In this document: positions 1-21,279 of the stretch, piece by piece
Numbering within the stretch: position 1 is the stretch's first letter
Layout: every line of letters begins with the position of its first letter
Assembly (NCBI RefSeq): GCF_009914755.1
Contig: NC_060938.1
DNA from: the human T2T-CHM13v2.0 reference genome, Homo sapiens
DNA: 64,000 nt
Strand: one strand, 5' to 3'
The notes under the pieces: model-generated
The model's database searches: none
Seen by the model: only the letters and a program-made list of their open reading frames with translations
Told to the model about the DNA's origin: nothing
Program-made: the position numbers and the translations under genes

Positions 1-149
1 TCCTTCAATTTCTGGCAGCTTTCTTGAACAGACATAAAAGTTTGAGATACTTATTTAAAGTTTTCACTTACTCTTTAGAAGTCAACAGGTTTATAAAAAA
101 AAAAAACAGTACACAATTATTGTACTACAAAAATGACCATTTACTCTGC

Positions 150-300
150 CCGGGCACTGTTGTAATGATTTATGTATATTACCATTCTTAATCTTCCCAT
201 GAGATTCATGAGGAACCACCCTAGGAGGTAAGTCCTGTTAAAAGCCCCATTTGACAAGTGAGTAAACTAAAGCACAGAGATTTAGAAACTTTGCTAAGCA
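150..300 (-). mobile_element. MIR fragment
   Basis: ccccatttgacaagtgagtaaactaaagcacagaga resembles the MIR core. Confidence 0.6.
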
Positions 301-402
301 TTTATCAATGTCACTCTAAAGTGCCAAGTCTAAGAGAGAGCTAGGAGACAATTTCCAATTAGGAGATATTAGCATTCCTTTTTGGAACATTCATTCAACT
401 TC

Positions 403-549
403 TTTTTCTTTCTTTCTTTTTTTTTTTTTTTTAAGAGATAGGTTCTTTCTATGTTGTCCAGGTTGGTCTCAAACTCCTGGGCTCAAGCCTTCATCCACCT
501 CAACCTCCTAAGTAGCTGGGACTATAGGCACGTGCCATTGTGCTCAGCT
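403..549 (-). mobile_element. Alu monomer (FLAM-like)
   Basis: Poly-T followed by a single Alu arm. Confidence 0.8.
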
Positions 550-808
550 TATATATTTTTTTGATGCTGATTATTATCAGATACTGTCTTAGGTGCTAGA
601 GATACTGCAGACACCAGTATCTCCCCTTATACAGTTGATTGTAATAGGGAGACACTGAATAAATAAGTATGGTAATTACACACAGACCCCTCGGTCTTCC
701 CTCAGTATATCAAAGCTAGGTAGGCTGAGTCTAGAACTACAGAAGAAAACATACAAAAAAACCAGAATTGAAAGCGCAGACTTTCCTGCTGGGCAAATCA
801 ACTCCCTA

Positions 809-1027
<219 letters not shown>

Positions 1028-1295
1028 TTAGCTAAGTATCAGAGAAGGCTTATATATGAAGAATAAAACTCTAATGAAAGAATTCTTACTGAGTAAATAT
1101 GTGAATCTAATACAAGCTAACACACTGATACAGATTAATATAATTTACAATGAAAAACAAGATGTACAAATCATTGAACTGGGAGAACATTTAACCAGCC
1201 AGAATTTGATAGCACCCATTTCCACATCATAATGCCATCTAGTAGAAAACAGCTTAATTTAGATCTTGGTGTATCCATCATTAATTCCAGTGTTA

Positions 1296-1403
<108 letters not shown>

Positions 1404-2646
1404 TCATATGATGAGAAAGCTCAAAAGGCAGACATACTCAAAAGTTAAGAGATTTATTTAAAAAAATGAACAAAGCATATAAAAAAATATTCCCAAAGAG
1501 CCATTAAAAAGACCACTTTCTAATTCTTATAATAGATAATAATATACATTAAGTCATAGGGGGATTAATATTTAAGGTGGTGAAGAAAAGTAAATAGAGT
1601 TTTTGTGAAACAATTTGTATGCTGCTCTCAGAAAGCATAAAAACTAGTAGAACATCAGACCAGGAATTAAGAAACAGTCAATCTTCTCTGCTAACCAATC
1701 AACCCTTTTTAAACCTCAATTTTCCTAAAATTAAAGAAAGAAAATTATCTCCTTATTCATTTATTCCGTGTACCTTACCAAACACTACGACTATTATACT
1801 TCAAAGGTCATATGTATCCAAGAAGAAAAGTTAAAATAAAGGTTACTACTGAATTTTAGTGTCCTAGAATGACTAGAAGGCCGCAAAATGAGAACACATT
1901 ACTGTCTTTTGTGTTAGAGAATACCTATAGATATTAAAAACCTAGCTCTTAAACCTAGCTCTTAGTTTCAGCCTCAAATTAAAAGCACATATTACTTGGA
2001 AAGATCAAATAGAGAAGGAAACTGCAACGTGAATCCAGGGACATCCAACATGAGGAGGCTGCACAGAAGGATGAGATGCAATGGCCAAGGAAACCCAGAC
2101 ACAGACAGAACACCAGGGAAGCGAGAGGTCAAGTGAGGTAGAACCAAAAAATGTCAATTGGACCGACATTTAGGAGGTTACTGGTGATCTGTACAGAGAG
2201 TATAGTTCCATGAAGCAGAAGTTCGATTGCTAAGAACTCAAGAGTGAATGACAGCAGCTTAGTTTGACTCTGAGTGAAGGGCTGGGAGAAGACAGGTGGT
2301 AGCTAGAAGGGGTAAAGGGCAGAACAGAAAGCTTTCCTCCTCCTCAATGGAAGGCAGTTATGCATTTTGTCAGGATTGAGTAAAAAAGCAGGCAAGGAGA
2401 TGTTTAAGTCCTGAGAGATGGTTAGAGGACGTGGGGTAGAGAGCAGAGATGGAAGAACAAGAAACAACTCCATACCTCTGGGAGAAAGTGCCAGACACAG
2501 AGCTGTTCTAAGACAGTTGAGATGGTGTCTGTCGGGTATGGGGTGGTAGTGAGACAAACTCAGACAACAGAAAGAGGTTCAGCTTTGCTTACAATGGAAC
2601 AGCCCCACCTGGGCTGACTGGAAGCTAATTAAGGAACATGTCCCTA

Positions 2647-2799
<153 letters not shown>

Positions 2800-3791
2800 T
2801 CATTCAAAAATAGGCAAGAATAAATAACTGCAAAATAAATCATTTATAAGCATATTCAAAAACATGTCTTAGTACTTTTCAATTCAAAACAAAACTTTCT
2901 TCTTCTCATCAGACTAAACATAATATTGACTTTTAGACATCTGGGGGCTTTGGGTAATTTGCTGAAAAAGAGTAAATAGTAAATTCATTTAGAATTACAT
3001 TTTGTTGACTTACTTTATGACCATCTGTACCATGAATTTATGACATAAAGCATGACTAATGTATTTCATCAAAATGAAAGGCAGGTCACATTTTTGCAGT
3101 TTTTCACTGGTAACATCCCACTCCAATAAAGAGGGAGGATATCATGGAACACCTTGTAATAATAGCATAATCATGTAATAATAGCAATGCTGCTATCAGG
3201 TGACAAAGATATACTTAGGATTATTGGAGTGTCATGGAACAAAGAAAATCACTGTTTTGGGACTAGAAAAAAAAAAATCTAGAATTTGCCTAAACTCAGA
3301 GGGACAGAAGACATCTTTAAAAAGATTGTCATAGCATTCCTTTGGGAAGCATTCAAGTGACATCTGGAACTACAGTAACATGTATAATAGTTGACAGAGA
3401 GGTAAGTGTACATACTGAAGACATACAAGATTTCAGGTACTCATATGCAGTTTTCTGAGCCAAAGAAAGCCTAAATTATGTACTATGATTATCAAAAGTA
3501 CCCTATTATGTAAGCTTTTAAATTTCATGTTGTGATACAAATAGGGTAGATTATATAAGTTCAAGTTCCATTACTAAAAATCAGTATTTCCCCGATTAGG
3601 AAACTTCTCAGTGAAACTTCACAATTAAAAATCAACAACTTGGTCCCTAAAAAAATTGCCTTTTATCGGGAGGGCTTTGTTTAATTAATACATTCACATG
3701 AATCATACTTAATATGCAGTTTCAATAATGTATAGCATGAGTTGGTTATGATTAACCCTTTAATATAACAAATTCATTTATTAAAATATTA

Positions 3792-3959
<168 letters not shown>

Positions 3960-4009
3960 TTACATTTTTCTCCTTTCTCATCTCCTTTGAGTTTTGTCAG
4001 ATCTCATTA

Positions 4010-4376
<367 letters not shown>

Positions 4377-5473
4377 AGAATTAAAAGCAAACTCTTAAAA
4401 GCAAACATTTTAGTAATTATATACTCTGTTGCCATCTCAAATTTATGACTTATTTATAAACATGAATACATAAAATCAGCTCATATATTAGTCTCAGAAG
4501 AAATCTTTAAGCCCAACATGAATCATTTTTCTCACTCTATTCCAGGGAAGTCAAATGGTTAGTAAGTTGCTTAGGATCAGATCAGTGATTCAACAAGGAA
4601 AGGGGAAGCTGCTTGCGGCATTCATTCTTCTTTCTCCTCTACCACTACTTTCCCCAGGATAAGATCACAAGTGGGTCTTAAGTTCAGGAAACGAAGTAAC
4701 TAAAAGGTTTACTTGAAGAGGGTTTAAACACTAAACAATTAGAGCATCAGGTATGGAGAATGATAAAGGGCCAAGAGAAAGAAAAACAGAATGGTCAAGA
4801 CTGTCTTTATTCACATATATGTTAAAGAAACAATAAATGTAAAAAATAGTTTTTAAAGACAATGACAGTAATTCAGAGCAAGAACCAAAAGAGGAGGAAT
4901 GAAACGTTCTTAAATGCTTAACAAAAACAGAGGGAAATACCAAGTTCTATGCTATGGAACAGCTGGAATATTTAAATGTAGTTACCACACCCCAATTACT
5001 AGTATGATCATGAGGCAAATCATGATGAAATTTCCCTATTGTAAAAACCTTTGTGATATATTCCATCTAAACTTCCTTACTTTAGGATTTAGTTATAAGT
5101 GAAAATACCCATTGATTTATACTATGTTTCAAAATAATGAAAAAGTTTTGAGATTCTTCCATGACACATGGAATTTATTTATAAAGTTTCTAGACTTAAA
5201 TGTTCTGTTCCCTTGATTGAGAACACAGCTACAATGAGAAGAGGTGGGTCATGGCTATCACATTTAAGACAATTAAAAACTCTGCAGATAAATTTCAACA
5301 AACTCTAATTGCCTCTATTCAGCATGGAAGGAAACAGACAACTGTGAGAGTCTTAGCAAAAAACCGCACAGCATCAAGAATACATTCCTCATTATTGCAT
5401 ACAATACACAAAAAGTAAGAGCTCAGTGAGAGCTAATTTCAATGAAGAATTAACATACTGATGAGCAAACACT

Positions 5474-5790
<317 letters not shown>

Positions 5791-5925
5791 TAAGATATAA
5801 TAGTCTTGCACTAGAAATCTTATTTCCAATTTATTTTTGGTAAATTGTAGATCCTGAACACAATACATGCTAATTATGCAAACACCTCTTGCTATTACAT
5901 AAAACATTCACAGGATGTACAGTAC

Positions 5926-5994
5926 CTTTCCCAAAAAGGCCATGGCATGTGAATTGCCAGCATTTGCTGCTAAATTGAAGTAGTCAAATGCTCT
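5926..5994 (-). CDS. SEL1L: SEL1L exon 12 (RAFDYFNLAANAGNSHAMAFLGK)
   Basis: 69 nt, tcatag|AGA ... AAG|GTACTG. Confidence 0.96.
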
Positions 5995-6660
5995 CTATGA
6001 GAAAAGAATTTATTAAAATAATTAGTTTTTAACAGAATCTGCTTTTGACTTTCAGCCAAAATAATTATTTCAGGAACATTTAAAAAATCTTGTTATATTA
6101 CAGTGCTTTAAAAACAAGAATACCCAGTTGCCAATATTTTGAAAGAGAAATCAGTACATCTAGAAGTTTTATTTTACCAAATAACAGTACCATTTATCAT
6201 TAAGTCATCTGCATAATTATAGATGCAAAGAAATTTCTTGTGCTGCCTAAACGTAAGGTACAACAAGCCTCCTGTTACTTACAGGCAAAGCGAACATCAG
6301 CCTGCTTAAAAGACATTTAAGAGCAGCTTGACTTCTTTGGTCTATTTCTCTAATGATAACCTGGGAGAAAGGAAAAACTAGAAGTCTTTCCAAGACATGG
6401 AGCATATTTTCATTGTTGTCTAAAGGAATACATTCCTCTTGTACTGTTTAGAGAAAAATTCTTGACCCTACTTAAAAATCACTTAAGTAAACACACTAGC
6501 ATCAGCAGAAATTCATCATCACCACTCTCAACTGTATTGCAGCCCATTTTTGTTAAGGACCTTGTACCATTGGTTATTCCTCTTATTTTCCTTGCTGACT
6601 TAACTTCTCCCTCTTTTGGAACCAGTTCCCCCTCAATCACATTCTATAATCTCATCATCA

Positions 6661-8370
<1,710 letters not shown>

Positions 8371-8402
8371 TTCTTAGGGGTTGGTTACATCTTGAAAGCT
8401 CA

Positions 8403-8735
<333 letters not shown>

Positions 8736-8798
8736 TTAATTAACCTAAAAATTTTGAAAAGTAAAAACGTGTACTTGTAATTGCAAAGTACCATTTGC

Positions 8799-10200
<1,402 letters not shown>

Positions 10201-11044
10201 GCAATGAAAAGGTAAATTTGAAAATAAATGTAAATTAATATGGACTGTACAAAACAACAGTATCTCATGGTACCAAAATATATAAAATCAAACACACACA
10301 GAATACTCTGAGATCTCTGTGCTGTCCTGGAAATGGTAAAAGTGCTCATCGTACCAGACTTTGGTAAGTCAAGGATGCATGTTGTGATCGCTAGATAACC
10401 ACTACAAGAGTAGCATCATGCTGGCAGAGGGGAAGAGATGCAACAGGAAAAAGCACTCAACCAAAAAAGGGCAAGAAAGGAGAGAAGAGTAAACACAACA
10501 AGCAAGATACACAGAAAGCAAGTAAAACAGAAAATTTTAAGTAAACTAAATTTTACAATAATGTAAAAATAAGATGTTTAATTGAACAAGTTTATTATAA
10601 TTTCTATCAGCTAACATTTAGATCTACGTTTCACTACGTTTTTTTTTCCTTAAGACTCCACTGCTAGTCTTAAAACCAACTGTTCTTAATAAGTATCTAA
10701 TGCTCATCTGTACATGTCCTAAATTAGAAATAATTGCAAACTTAGTGGAAAAAAATATAAATGTTAAAGTTCTTTTTATTTTAATATCAAAAGAAGCCAC
10801 GAAACCTGTGTGTGCACACATGGTACTTTGACGGACATTATACAACTTCCATTAAACGAGCTTACTTCTGTTCTTGACCTTGAAGAAATTATGATTTTAG
10901 ATGAGCCAAAGAAACACGAATGGTAAATAGCTCTGAAGAGCATCTGATATTGCAAATATTCCAGGGACTTCTTGTTTAGAGAAAGTGACAGTTTTCATCA
11001 TTGGTGACTCCAGTAACAGCCTTCATCATCGGTGTTAATGCTGC

Positions 11045-11235
11045 TCTGTTCAAGCAGTGATTTTTTTAGGGGCAGTACACGGGAGAGTCACCTGGACAGT
11101 TTTAGGAACCCTCAATGCCTAGGCCCCATCCCACACTAACCCAAATGGAATCTCCTGAGAGTGTGAGACTCTTGGTTTTTTTTTTTAAGGGGCTCAGGTG
11201 ATTCTAATATGTAGTTCATAATTGCTCAGGGCAAT
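11045..11235. mobile_element. MER5-like hAT fragment
   Basis: gagtcacctgg...atgcctaggccccatccc...caggtgattctaatat. Confidence 0.5.
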
Positions 11236-11324
11236 GAAAATGTAACTTACAGATATAAGTGCTTGCTCCCGTCCCCCACAGATTAAAATATACAATGCAG
11301 TAAAGATATTTGGTGAGATGTTCA

Positions 11325-11525
<201 letters not shown>

Positions 11526-11828
11526 TCAGAAGAATTGTTCCAGAGAGAGAGAAGTACAATTCCAGCTGCCAAACGTTGACGAACACATTGTTAAAGGAAG
11601 CTGTTTTTACAGTAGTCTATATAGATCGCAAATCAGTAATCTATTAATAAATTGAACTTTTTTCACAACGTAAATAGAACCTAAAGCAAAATTATATAAA
11701 GAAAAAAGTACTTCTGAACCTCAACTAGTTTAAAGATGAGTCCACATAAAAGAGCCATTTATAATACTTCAAATAGAACAATAAAAATAGAAATGTTTAA
11801 AGTTAATTCCATTTATTTTTTTTTCCTA

Positions 11829-12059
<231 letters not shown>

Positions 12060-12888
12060 TTATTTATGCTAAGTGTTAGGTTTTGAGGTAATGGATTCAG
12101 CAACTTCAACAAGAAGGCCATAGCTAAGAGCAAGGAAATAAATAATATAGTTCCTAGAGCAATCAAAATAGATGTCATAAACTTTATTTTTGAAGTGTGT
12201 GCATTTTACTCATAAGAGAAAAATTATAAGGGCTTTTGCTTAGAACCAGTTTTAATCTTAGACATAATTTTATTAAAAATGAGTTAATCTTCCAAATTAG
12301 CAAAGAAAAAGTAACAAATTAGCAAAATAGGGAAAATGAGACTACTGGAAGCAGGCACAGTGTCACTAGCAATAAATGACCAGAATAAATGGGAAGACAG
12401 CCAATCATGAAAAGTAAAAAACAGAAAGTAGAGCTCTCTGGAGTCATTCTGCACAAATAACTCCATGAATTTTAACAATTCTTAGGGCATTGTTGCAAAA
12501 TATTGTATAATATTTCATGTTGTTTTTCTATAGCCACCATTTACAAAATTTTGAAAAACTAAAGAAAAATTTTTAAAATTATGATAATCTAATGTAAAAA
12601 ATGATTCTGACAATTCCAACTCAGAGAAAATTTAAAAAGAGCCATTTATCAGATCTCTCTTTTTAGGGGCAATCAGCCAAACTAATCATTTTAAAGAAAA
12701 ATTGTGGACTCCACCAACTTTCATTTACATGTAGATTCCATGTGTTATATCCATTAACAAGAATTTGAAGGAAGTTCAACTGAATATTTGGTCTTAATAC
12801 AAGCAAATCTGGATCATGAAAGCTGAAAAAGTTGTGGCCGCTATAAACCACAAATTCTTCTGATGTTAATATTATTAGCCTTCCACTA

Positions 12889-12981
<93 letters not shown>

Positions 12982-13050
12982 TTAACTGAACATAGGCACG
13001 CATTTATTCAATTCAAATTGTAATATGCAATAAAGTTTTAATAGTATTAC

Positions 13051-13104
13051 CTTTGCCTGACTTGAATTAACACCAAGTCCAGAGGCATACAGAAAGCCAA
13101 GAGC
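13051..13104 (-). CDS. SEL1L: SEL1L exon 7 (ALGFLYASGLGVNSSQAK)
   Basis: 54 nt, tttcag|GCT ... AAG|GTAATA. Confidence 0.96.
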
Positions 13105-13300
13105 CTGAAATAGATGATAAAAGTAAGAAATCTTGCTTTGGTGAAGGTTTATCCAAGACAGACACAGACAGACACAGTTTTATATACTATGAAAAAATGC
13201 AAGAGTCTTTAAATGCTAAAAGATTTGAATTCAAGTATGTACAAACATGGATTAAAGAGCCTTGGAAAAGCATTCAGAGTTTTACACATTACACAATTAA

Positions 13301-13977
<677 letters not shown>

Positions 13978-16117
13978 AAATGTAACTTTAAACAAGACAA
14001 AAAGTTTAGCTTGAGGACAATTTAATACTAACTAGAAAGACAAAGCTGAATACATGTAAACATGACTTTATCTTTATGAACAGCCATTATGAAGACAACT
14101 CCCGCTATAGGTACATCAGCATATTTCTCTATATATGCAGAAAGGAATACACTATGAAAACAGACAAGATATGAATTACCAAGATAAACTATCTCAGATA
14201 TAAAAAGGAGGAGCAAGGGGTCAAGCTGAAGAGGTCAAGGGAAAAAGGCTGCTCTACAATGTTAGAGCACACATGATTTTCTAAAAATAAAAACACAAAA
14301 ATGGAAGAAATAATGCATTGGTGAAGTTCAACCTTTTCAACCCTTTGCCTTCTATGGATCATCCTTGATGATAGGAAAGTATAAGCTAACATGACAAAGG
14401 CAGGTGTGGCAGAGACTGGAGTGCTCACTGAAATCATGAGCTCCTCTACGTTTTCCAGCCTCTCCGTAGAATCACATGCCTGGGGTATGGCTGTCAGGGA
14501 TGTAAGCCTGAAAACACCCTAATGAATCCTGAGGCTCTCTTTTCTCACTTCATCATGGCATGGAAGCCCCGTGTAGCAATCAGTGTAGCTACATAATAGA
14601 AACAGCCCATGACCAGGAGTCACTACTCAGAAAAGAGTGATGCCAACAGGAGAGCTACATCAAATCTAGCATGAGCAAGAAATAACTCTCTGTAGTGTTA
14701 AGCCACTGTGATTTGCGGGTTTTGTCTGTTGCATCAACTAGAACCAATTTTCATGGAGAGGGTGCTTTGCAACATATAAAGTGCTGTGGCTTTGTAAGGT
14801 TCTAATATTAGAGGGAACTGATGCCTTATAAAGTAAAACCGTTCTTCAGAGCAGAATACCTCTGAAAATAAGAATATATATGTTTTTATATAAACTGATT
14901 CACGCAAAGAAGAGAAAAACCTTTGAAAACAAAGGGGAACAATTAAGATATAATCTGCTTATAATAAAATACCGAGGAAAGAGCTGCAGAATTGTTAGGT
15001 ATTCAGTTCTAAGAAAACAACTGTTATGACTCCTGTTATTGTTTATATAGTTTGAAAACAGACTTCCCTTGTGATTAGATATTTCACTTATCTTTAAGCA
15101 AGTCTCGCAGCTTGAATAAGCTTGAATTATTGAAGGAATTTTAAATAAATATGATGGCCCCCTAAATCCAGGTGTCAATCTTAGCATTATTAATGGGGAA
15201 ACAACCAGATATGTTAGCAACTGATGTGATACAATGTAGAATACAGAACATCCCTTGTAATGTAGTCTAGCCAAAAATATTTTACTTGTATTCATCAGCC
15301 TTTAGCTGTGACATCCTATTGACAGGAAATACAGGTGATGAAGAAACAAGCTAAAAGCCACCATGAAAACAAACTGAGGTAGGATATTCTGCAGAAAAAC
15401 TGGCCCTATCTCTAATATAGACAAAAAAGGCATTGGGGTATACTAGATAACAACCAAATGTAAGGTAGAGTCCTGGATTGAATACTGGTTTGGACAAAAC
15501 AGGTATAAAGAAAATTTTTGGGTTCAACATCATATGAACATAGTGTGGGTATTATATGACTTAAAATGTGCTGGGATGAAAAGGTGAAGTTCCAGAACAA
15601 TAGACAGTGATATCTCATTTTAATAAAAATATCGTGTATATATACACAAAGAGAAAGATCTATTACAGAAAGATATGCATGCACACTAATATATTATTAC
15701 TCATATTTGGGTGGTACATATGTGATGTGTACTTCTTAGTTTTGTTAGTTTGTATTTCTAGTTTCCTATAATGGACATGTACTGCTTCTGTAATAAAATA
15801 CTTTTTTAAAAAAACACCAAGATTAACATGAGCTGCAACATCTGAACTTTGGAAAAATGCAATGGTGAGTAATTTCAGATAAAAAGTAATTATCTTCATA
15901 TTTCATTCTCTACAGATCTAATTTGGAAGAGTACAAATGTAATTGTAGCAAGGCACAACTGCAAAAATGTCTTCCATGACCATAAATGTTCCCAGACTAA
16001 GGAAAAAGACTATCCAAGAAGACTGATAAAATGGTCAGCCACAAAATTGGTATTTATCTTCCAGTCTGACTTTTTAAAAGAAGTCAGGACATAGAGAGTA
16101 AACTGCTTTTAAAACTA

Positions 16118-16327
<210 letters not shown>

Positions 16328-16445
16328 TCAAATGTAAACAATTAAAAACCAAATTAGTAATGTTTTGAAACTGCCATTAAGTTTTTTTGATCTACTAAAA
16401 CGCAACATAAATAATTTCCTTATGTTACAAAACCCCTTTGATAAT

Positions 16446-16718
<273 letters not shown>

Positions 16719-16779
16719 ACCCCCTCTGATAATCTTATTTCTATTCAGTCATATTACTTATACATGTAAAAAACATCCC

Positions 16780-16998
16780 TTTTTTTAATTTTTTTTTGAG
16801 ACAAGGTCTTCCTCTGTTGCCCAGGCTGGAGTGCAGTGGTGTGATCACAGCTCACTGCAGCCTCTCTACCTTCCAAGTTCAAGTGATCCTCCTACCTCAG
16901 CCTCCCAAGTAGCAGGGACCACAGTGTGCACCATCATGCCTGGCTAATTTTTAAATTTTTTTTAGAGACAGGGTTGCACTATGCTGCCCAGATTGGCT
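16780..16998 (-). mobile_element. Partial AluJ-type SINE
   Basis: Right arm plus part of left arm. Confidence 0.8.
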
Positions 16999-17640
16999 AG
17001 CTATTTTGTTTTTCATATAAGGTACCAGTTCTCCCTGTTATCCTAATATCTTGAAATAGTCTAATTATACTAACAGTAATTTTAAAAACTTCTATTAAAA
17101 AAAGTTAACCGATTTGCAATAAGAGAATATGATGGTGTCCAGTATACGATCTAATAATAACTGTTGCAATTTTCTTTTTAAATCTTTGCAGACTATAAAA
17201 ATGTCAGCTGAAATTAAAAGGACATAAGATGTTACGAGATAATCACTTGTTCTGTTTTTTCCAAGCACAAATTCCTAAATTCCAGTCAAAAATTACAAAG
17301 CAAAAACAAAAAACGTACTTGACAACAATTCTTTTTGTTTTATGTCATTTTGAATTCTAAATAGTATATGCATGCTTGGTTCTTAGAAACTACTACAACT
17401 TGAGTCAATCATTGCCATTTTACTCATTGTTTGTACTGTAATCAGTATAACAATTTTACCTTAACTAAAGTGTGGTAAAAGCAATGCTACTAATGCCCGT
17501 AAGTTATATTACATTTTTTTGTAATGGAACTTAAAAAAATCTTCTGCGTCTCTGGCAGTGCACTTTTTAAAGAATGTAGTTGCTATTTGTCTCAGTAATG
17601 GCCTGTCATGGGGGAAAAGTGGACTTAGCAGTGCTACCTA

Positions 17641-17805
<165 letters not shown>

Positions 17806-18073
17806 TTAGTATTCTTTCTTTTGGGCAGTCATACAAACAAAATGAATGATCTTTCACTATTCCCAAACATGATTCTAAAAACACTTAAGTGTGGCCTTTA
17901 CATGACACAAGATAAAACTTAAAAAAAATATATATATATATACACACATATATAAAATTCACTGAAATCACTTTTTTATAGAAATACCAATACCAAGCCA
18001 CTCTTAGAGGGTACTTTTCTGTTGGTAATGCTAACTTTTTAAATATAATTCAACTAAAATTTCAGATTATATG

Positions 18074-18495
18074 TGATATGGTTTGGATCAGTGTCCCCAC
18101 CAAATCTCACACTGAATTGTAATCCCTGGTGATTACAATCTCTCTCACCTGTAAGGCCTGGTGAGAGGCGACTAGATCATAGGGGTGGTTTTTCATGAAT
18201 GGCTTAGCACCATCCCCTTGGTGCTGTTCTTGTGATAGTAAGTTCTCACGAGATCTGGTCATTTGAAAGTATGTGGCACCTTGCTCCTCATCATCTCTCT
18301 CGTTCCTGCTCCCACCATATGAGACGGCTGCATCTCATATGGTAAGTTTCCTGAGGCCTCCCAAGAAGCCAAGCAGATGCCAGCATCATGCTTCCTGTAC
18401 AGCTTGCAGAACTGTGAGCCAATTAAGCCTCCTTTATTAATAAATTTCCCAGTCTCAGGTATTTCCTTACAGCAGTGTGAGAATGGACTAACACA
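18074..18495 (+). mobile_element. MSTA-like MaLR solo LTR
   Basis: TGATATGGTTTGG...GGACTAACACA termini; 5-bp TSD atatg. Confidence 0.9.
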
Positions 18496-19470
18496 ATATG
18501 CCAAGGTCAGCTAAAATAAGGTCAAGACATACGAACACAGTAGTCAGAAAAATACTGTTGGGATCAAAGGACACTTTAGCTCTATTGGAAATACTGTATA
18601 TCTTTACAAGGTGAAAATATTTGATTAACTATATAATACAAGTTAGTAAAAAATTTTTATTAAATATAGAAACTGATTTAATGTTCAAGTTCACCAATTT
18701 TTCAAACTGATATAACACTGAAAATCATAGAACTGTTATAGATTTTTCAAAAGTTATTTTGCTACTGTAAGAACTCATCAAAACAAACATTTCATTAGAA
18801 CCAGTATTTATAGAAACAGAAGCAAATTCTTCTTATAATATAAAAAAATTCTGGTGCATTAACTGGAGTACCCAGTCACGCTGGCCTACATCTAAAGATG
18901 GACTATATTTGATGTGCTCTTTTAGGATTGCCCAAATATTCTATAACAGCCATTATTTTTTTAAAAATTGGTATTTAAGGGATTATGTTCAAGATTTTCT
19001 GTTGTTTTTTCATAGTTAGGAAGTTTTTCCTGAAAATAGCTTTCCTTAGAGTCAGCATCTCTATAATGACATTTATACTAAAGATGGTTAAATACACTGT
19101 ATTTGTCAAATGTTACCTTGGTATAGCATATTTCACCTTAAGTATTTTTAAAAAGTTATTTATTTTTCTTCTAATCACTATTAACCTTCTCCATAATGGC
19201 CCAGTTTCCTTTACTGCCCCCAAAATGTTTTATGTTTAATAATTTATCAGGCTGCCTGAAGGGTTTAACAAAACAACCTGTGTATACCAATGGAAAACCA
19301 TCTCTAAATAAAACGTGAGTGTGACTTGAGTGACAGCCTGAAAATAAATACACCAAGTTTCCCACTCTTAAGTCCACTCTTTAAGGCTGTAATGACATCA
19401 GCAATGCTGGCCATTTCTGACCAATGTGGAAAAAGGATGGCTAGAAAAAGGCCTTAAAAACATTGCCCTA

Positions 19471-19740
<270 letters not shown>

Positions 19741-20249
19741 TCAATGCCATCAATTTTGGCTGTTGGAATTTGAAGCAAAGATTCATGATGCCTGATTTGT
19801 AACTGGGAACATAAAAGGGCTAGCAATGATTTTGATTAGGGAGGACTTGGTTTAGTCAATTTAGTGAGCATGGCTAGCTGACTACATAGCATCTGTGTCT
19901 AGGTTAGACTTTCTGAAGTTCCTGATATATAACCTTAGAATATTAAAGGTCTACTGTAAAACTCCTGCCCAAAAAGTAAGCAAAAAATAAGGCAAAATGC
20001 AAGTGAATCAATTCTACTGCTCAGCACAGCTCTCCTTGTTTCTGAATGCTGTAAGTCAATTTCTTCAGTAATACAGAGTTACAAAGGGCAAATGCTCCCC
20101 CCAAGGCAAAGCTAACCACTCACACACTCCTCTGCAATCCTGTGGCATTTTATTAGAGTACTTATCACATGTATGGAAGTTACTTCTTTACCATACTCTA
20201 GTTCCCATTGGACTTTGAGCTTGTTAAGGGTAGAGACTGCATCTGTAAT

Positions 20250-21230
20250 TTATTCTATAAATTATTTATGAGTATCTCTTAGGTGTTGAAAATTATGGTA
20301 GGTGCTAGAAATGAGGTGCATCAGAGATCTTTGCTACACACAACTTACTGCCTAGCCAGGAAGAGAGATACTAAGCAAATGTGTGATGGATGCTATGGAA
20401 AGGAAAGCCTCCCCTCTCAGGAACTGAGGTTTCAATTGAACCTGAAGGGCGTGCAGGAGTAGCAGTGAATGAAAGGCTCATGGGTGGGGTGGGTAGGAGT
20501 ACTCAAACAGATTGGTGCTAAGGTGACAAGAATCAAATGAATGGCAAAGTGGACAACAGAAGAGGCTAAAGCAGCATGAGGAAGACAGACTGGGGAAGAC
20601 CTTACATGTCTTAAGGAGTTTGAACTTTTATCCTGAGAACAATGGAAACTCACTGAAAAGTTTTGCATAGGAGTGACATGCTCACATTTTATTAAAAGAG
20701 TGGAAAGTATGTAAAAAGTAAGGCTGGATGCAAGGTGACCAGTTTAAAGGTTGTTAACAGTCGTCTGAGAAGCAATGGTAGCCCAGAGAGGGGAATGGAA
20801 TGGAAGATGTGGATGTACTCAAGTGATGCTAAGGAGGTAGATATGGTACCACTTTCTAGATGTGTGGATAAGAGGAAAGTTGAGTCAAGGAAGATACCCA
20901 GGTGCGTTAGGGGTACATAGATGGCTGCCCTTACTAAGATACAGAATTCTAAAGGAGGAGTAGGTTACTGGGTAGGTACTGCTACATTCAAGGTGGCTAT
21001 TAAAAAAACAAACAAACAAAAAACAAAGAAAAAACCCACACAAAAAAAACAGCAAAAACAAAAAATAAGTGAAAATGTCTTAAACATGTTTCAGTTATAG
21101 CTAAAAAAAAAAAAAAAATTCTCCAGTACACAGATAACACTTGAATTCAAGGGTATGCCTAAGAATGCTGCATGAGAGGTATATGAGAAGACCAGAGGTC
21201 CAGGACTAAGCCTAAAACTGTACACAGTAG
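20250..21230 (-). mobile_element. Degraded L2
   Basis: Purine-rich L2-like motifs (aaggagtttgaacttttatcctgag, gaagttttgcataggagtgacatg). Confidence 0.55.
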
Positions 21231-21279
21231 GTATGAGCCCATGTCAACTTCCACTGGTTGCTTTTACATGGAGAATTTA

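Noticed and set aside
599-623. 9-bp-stem hairpin gagatactg...cagtatctc
   Set aside because: Short enough to occur by chance, within a degraded repeat
1938-1963. 13-bp tandem duplication aaacctagctctt
   Set aside because: Ordinary slippage duplication in an intron
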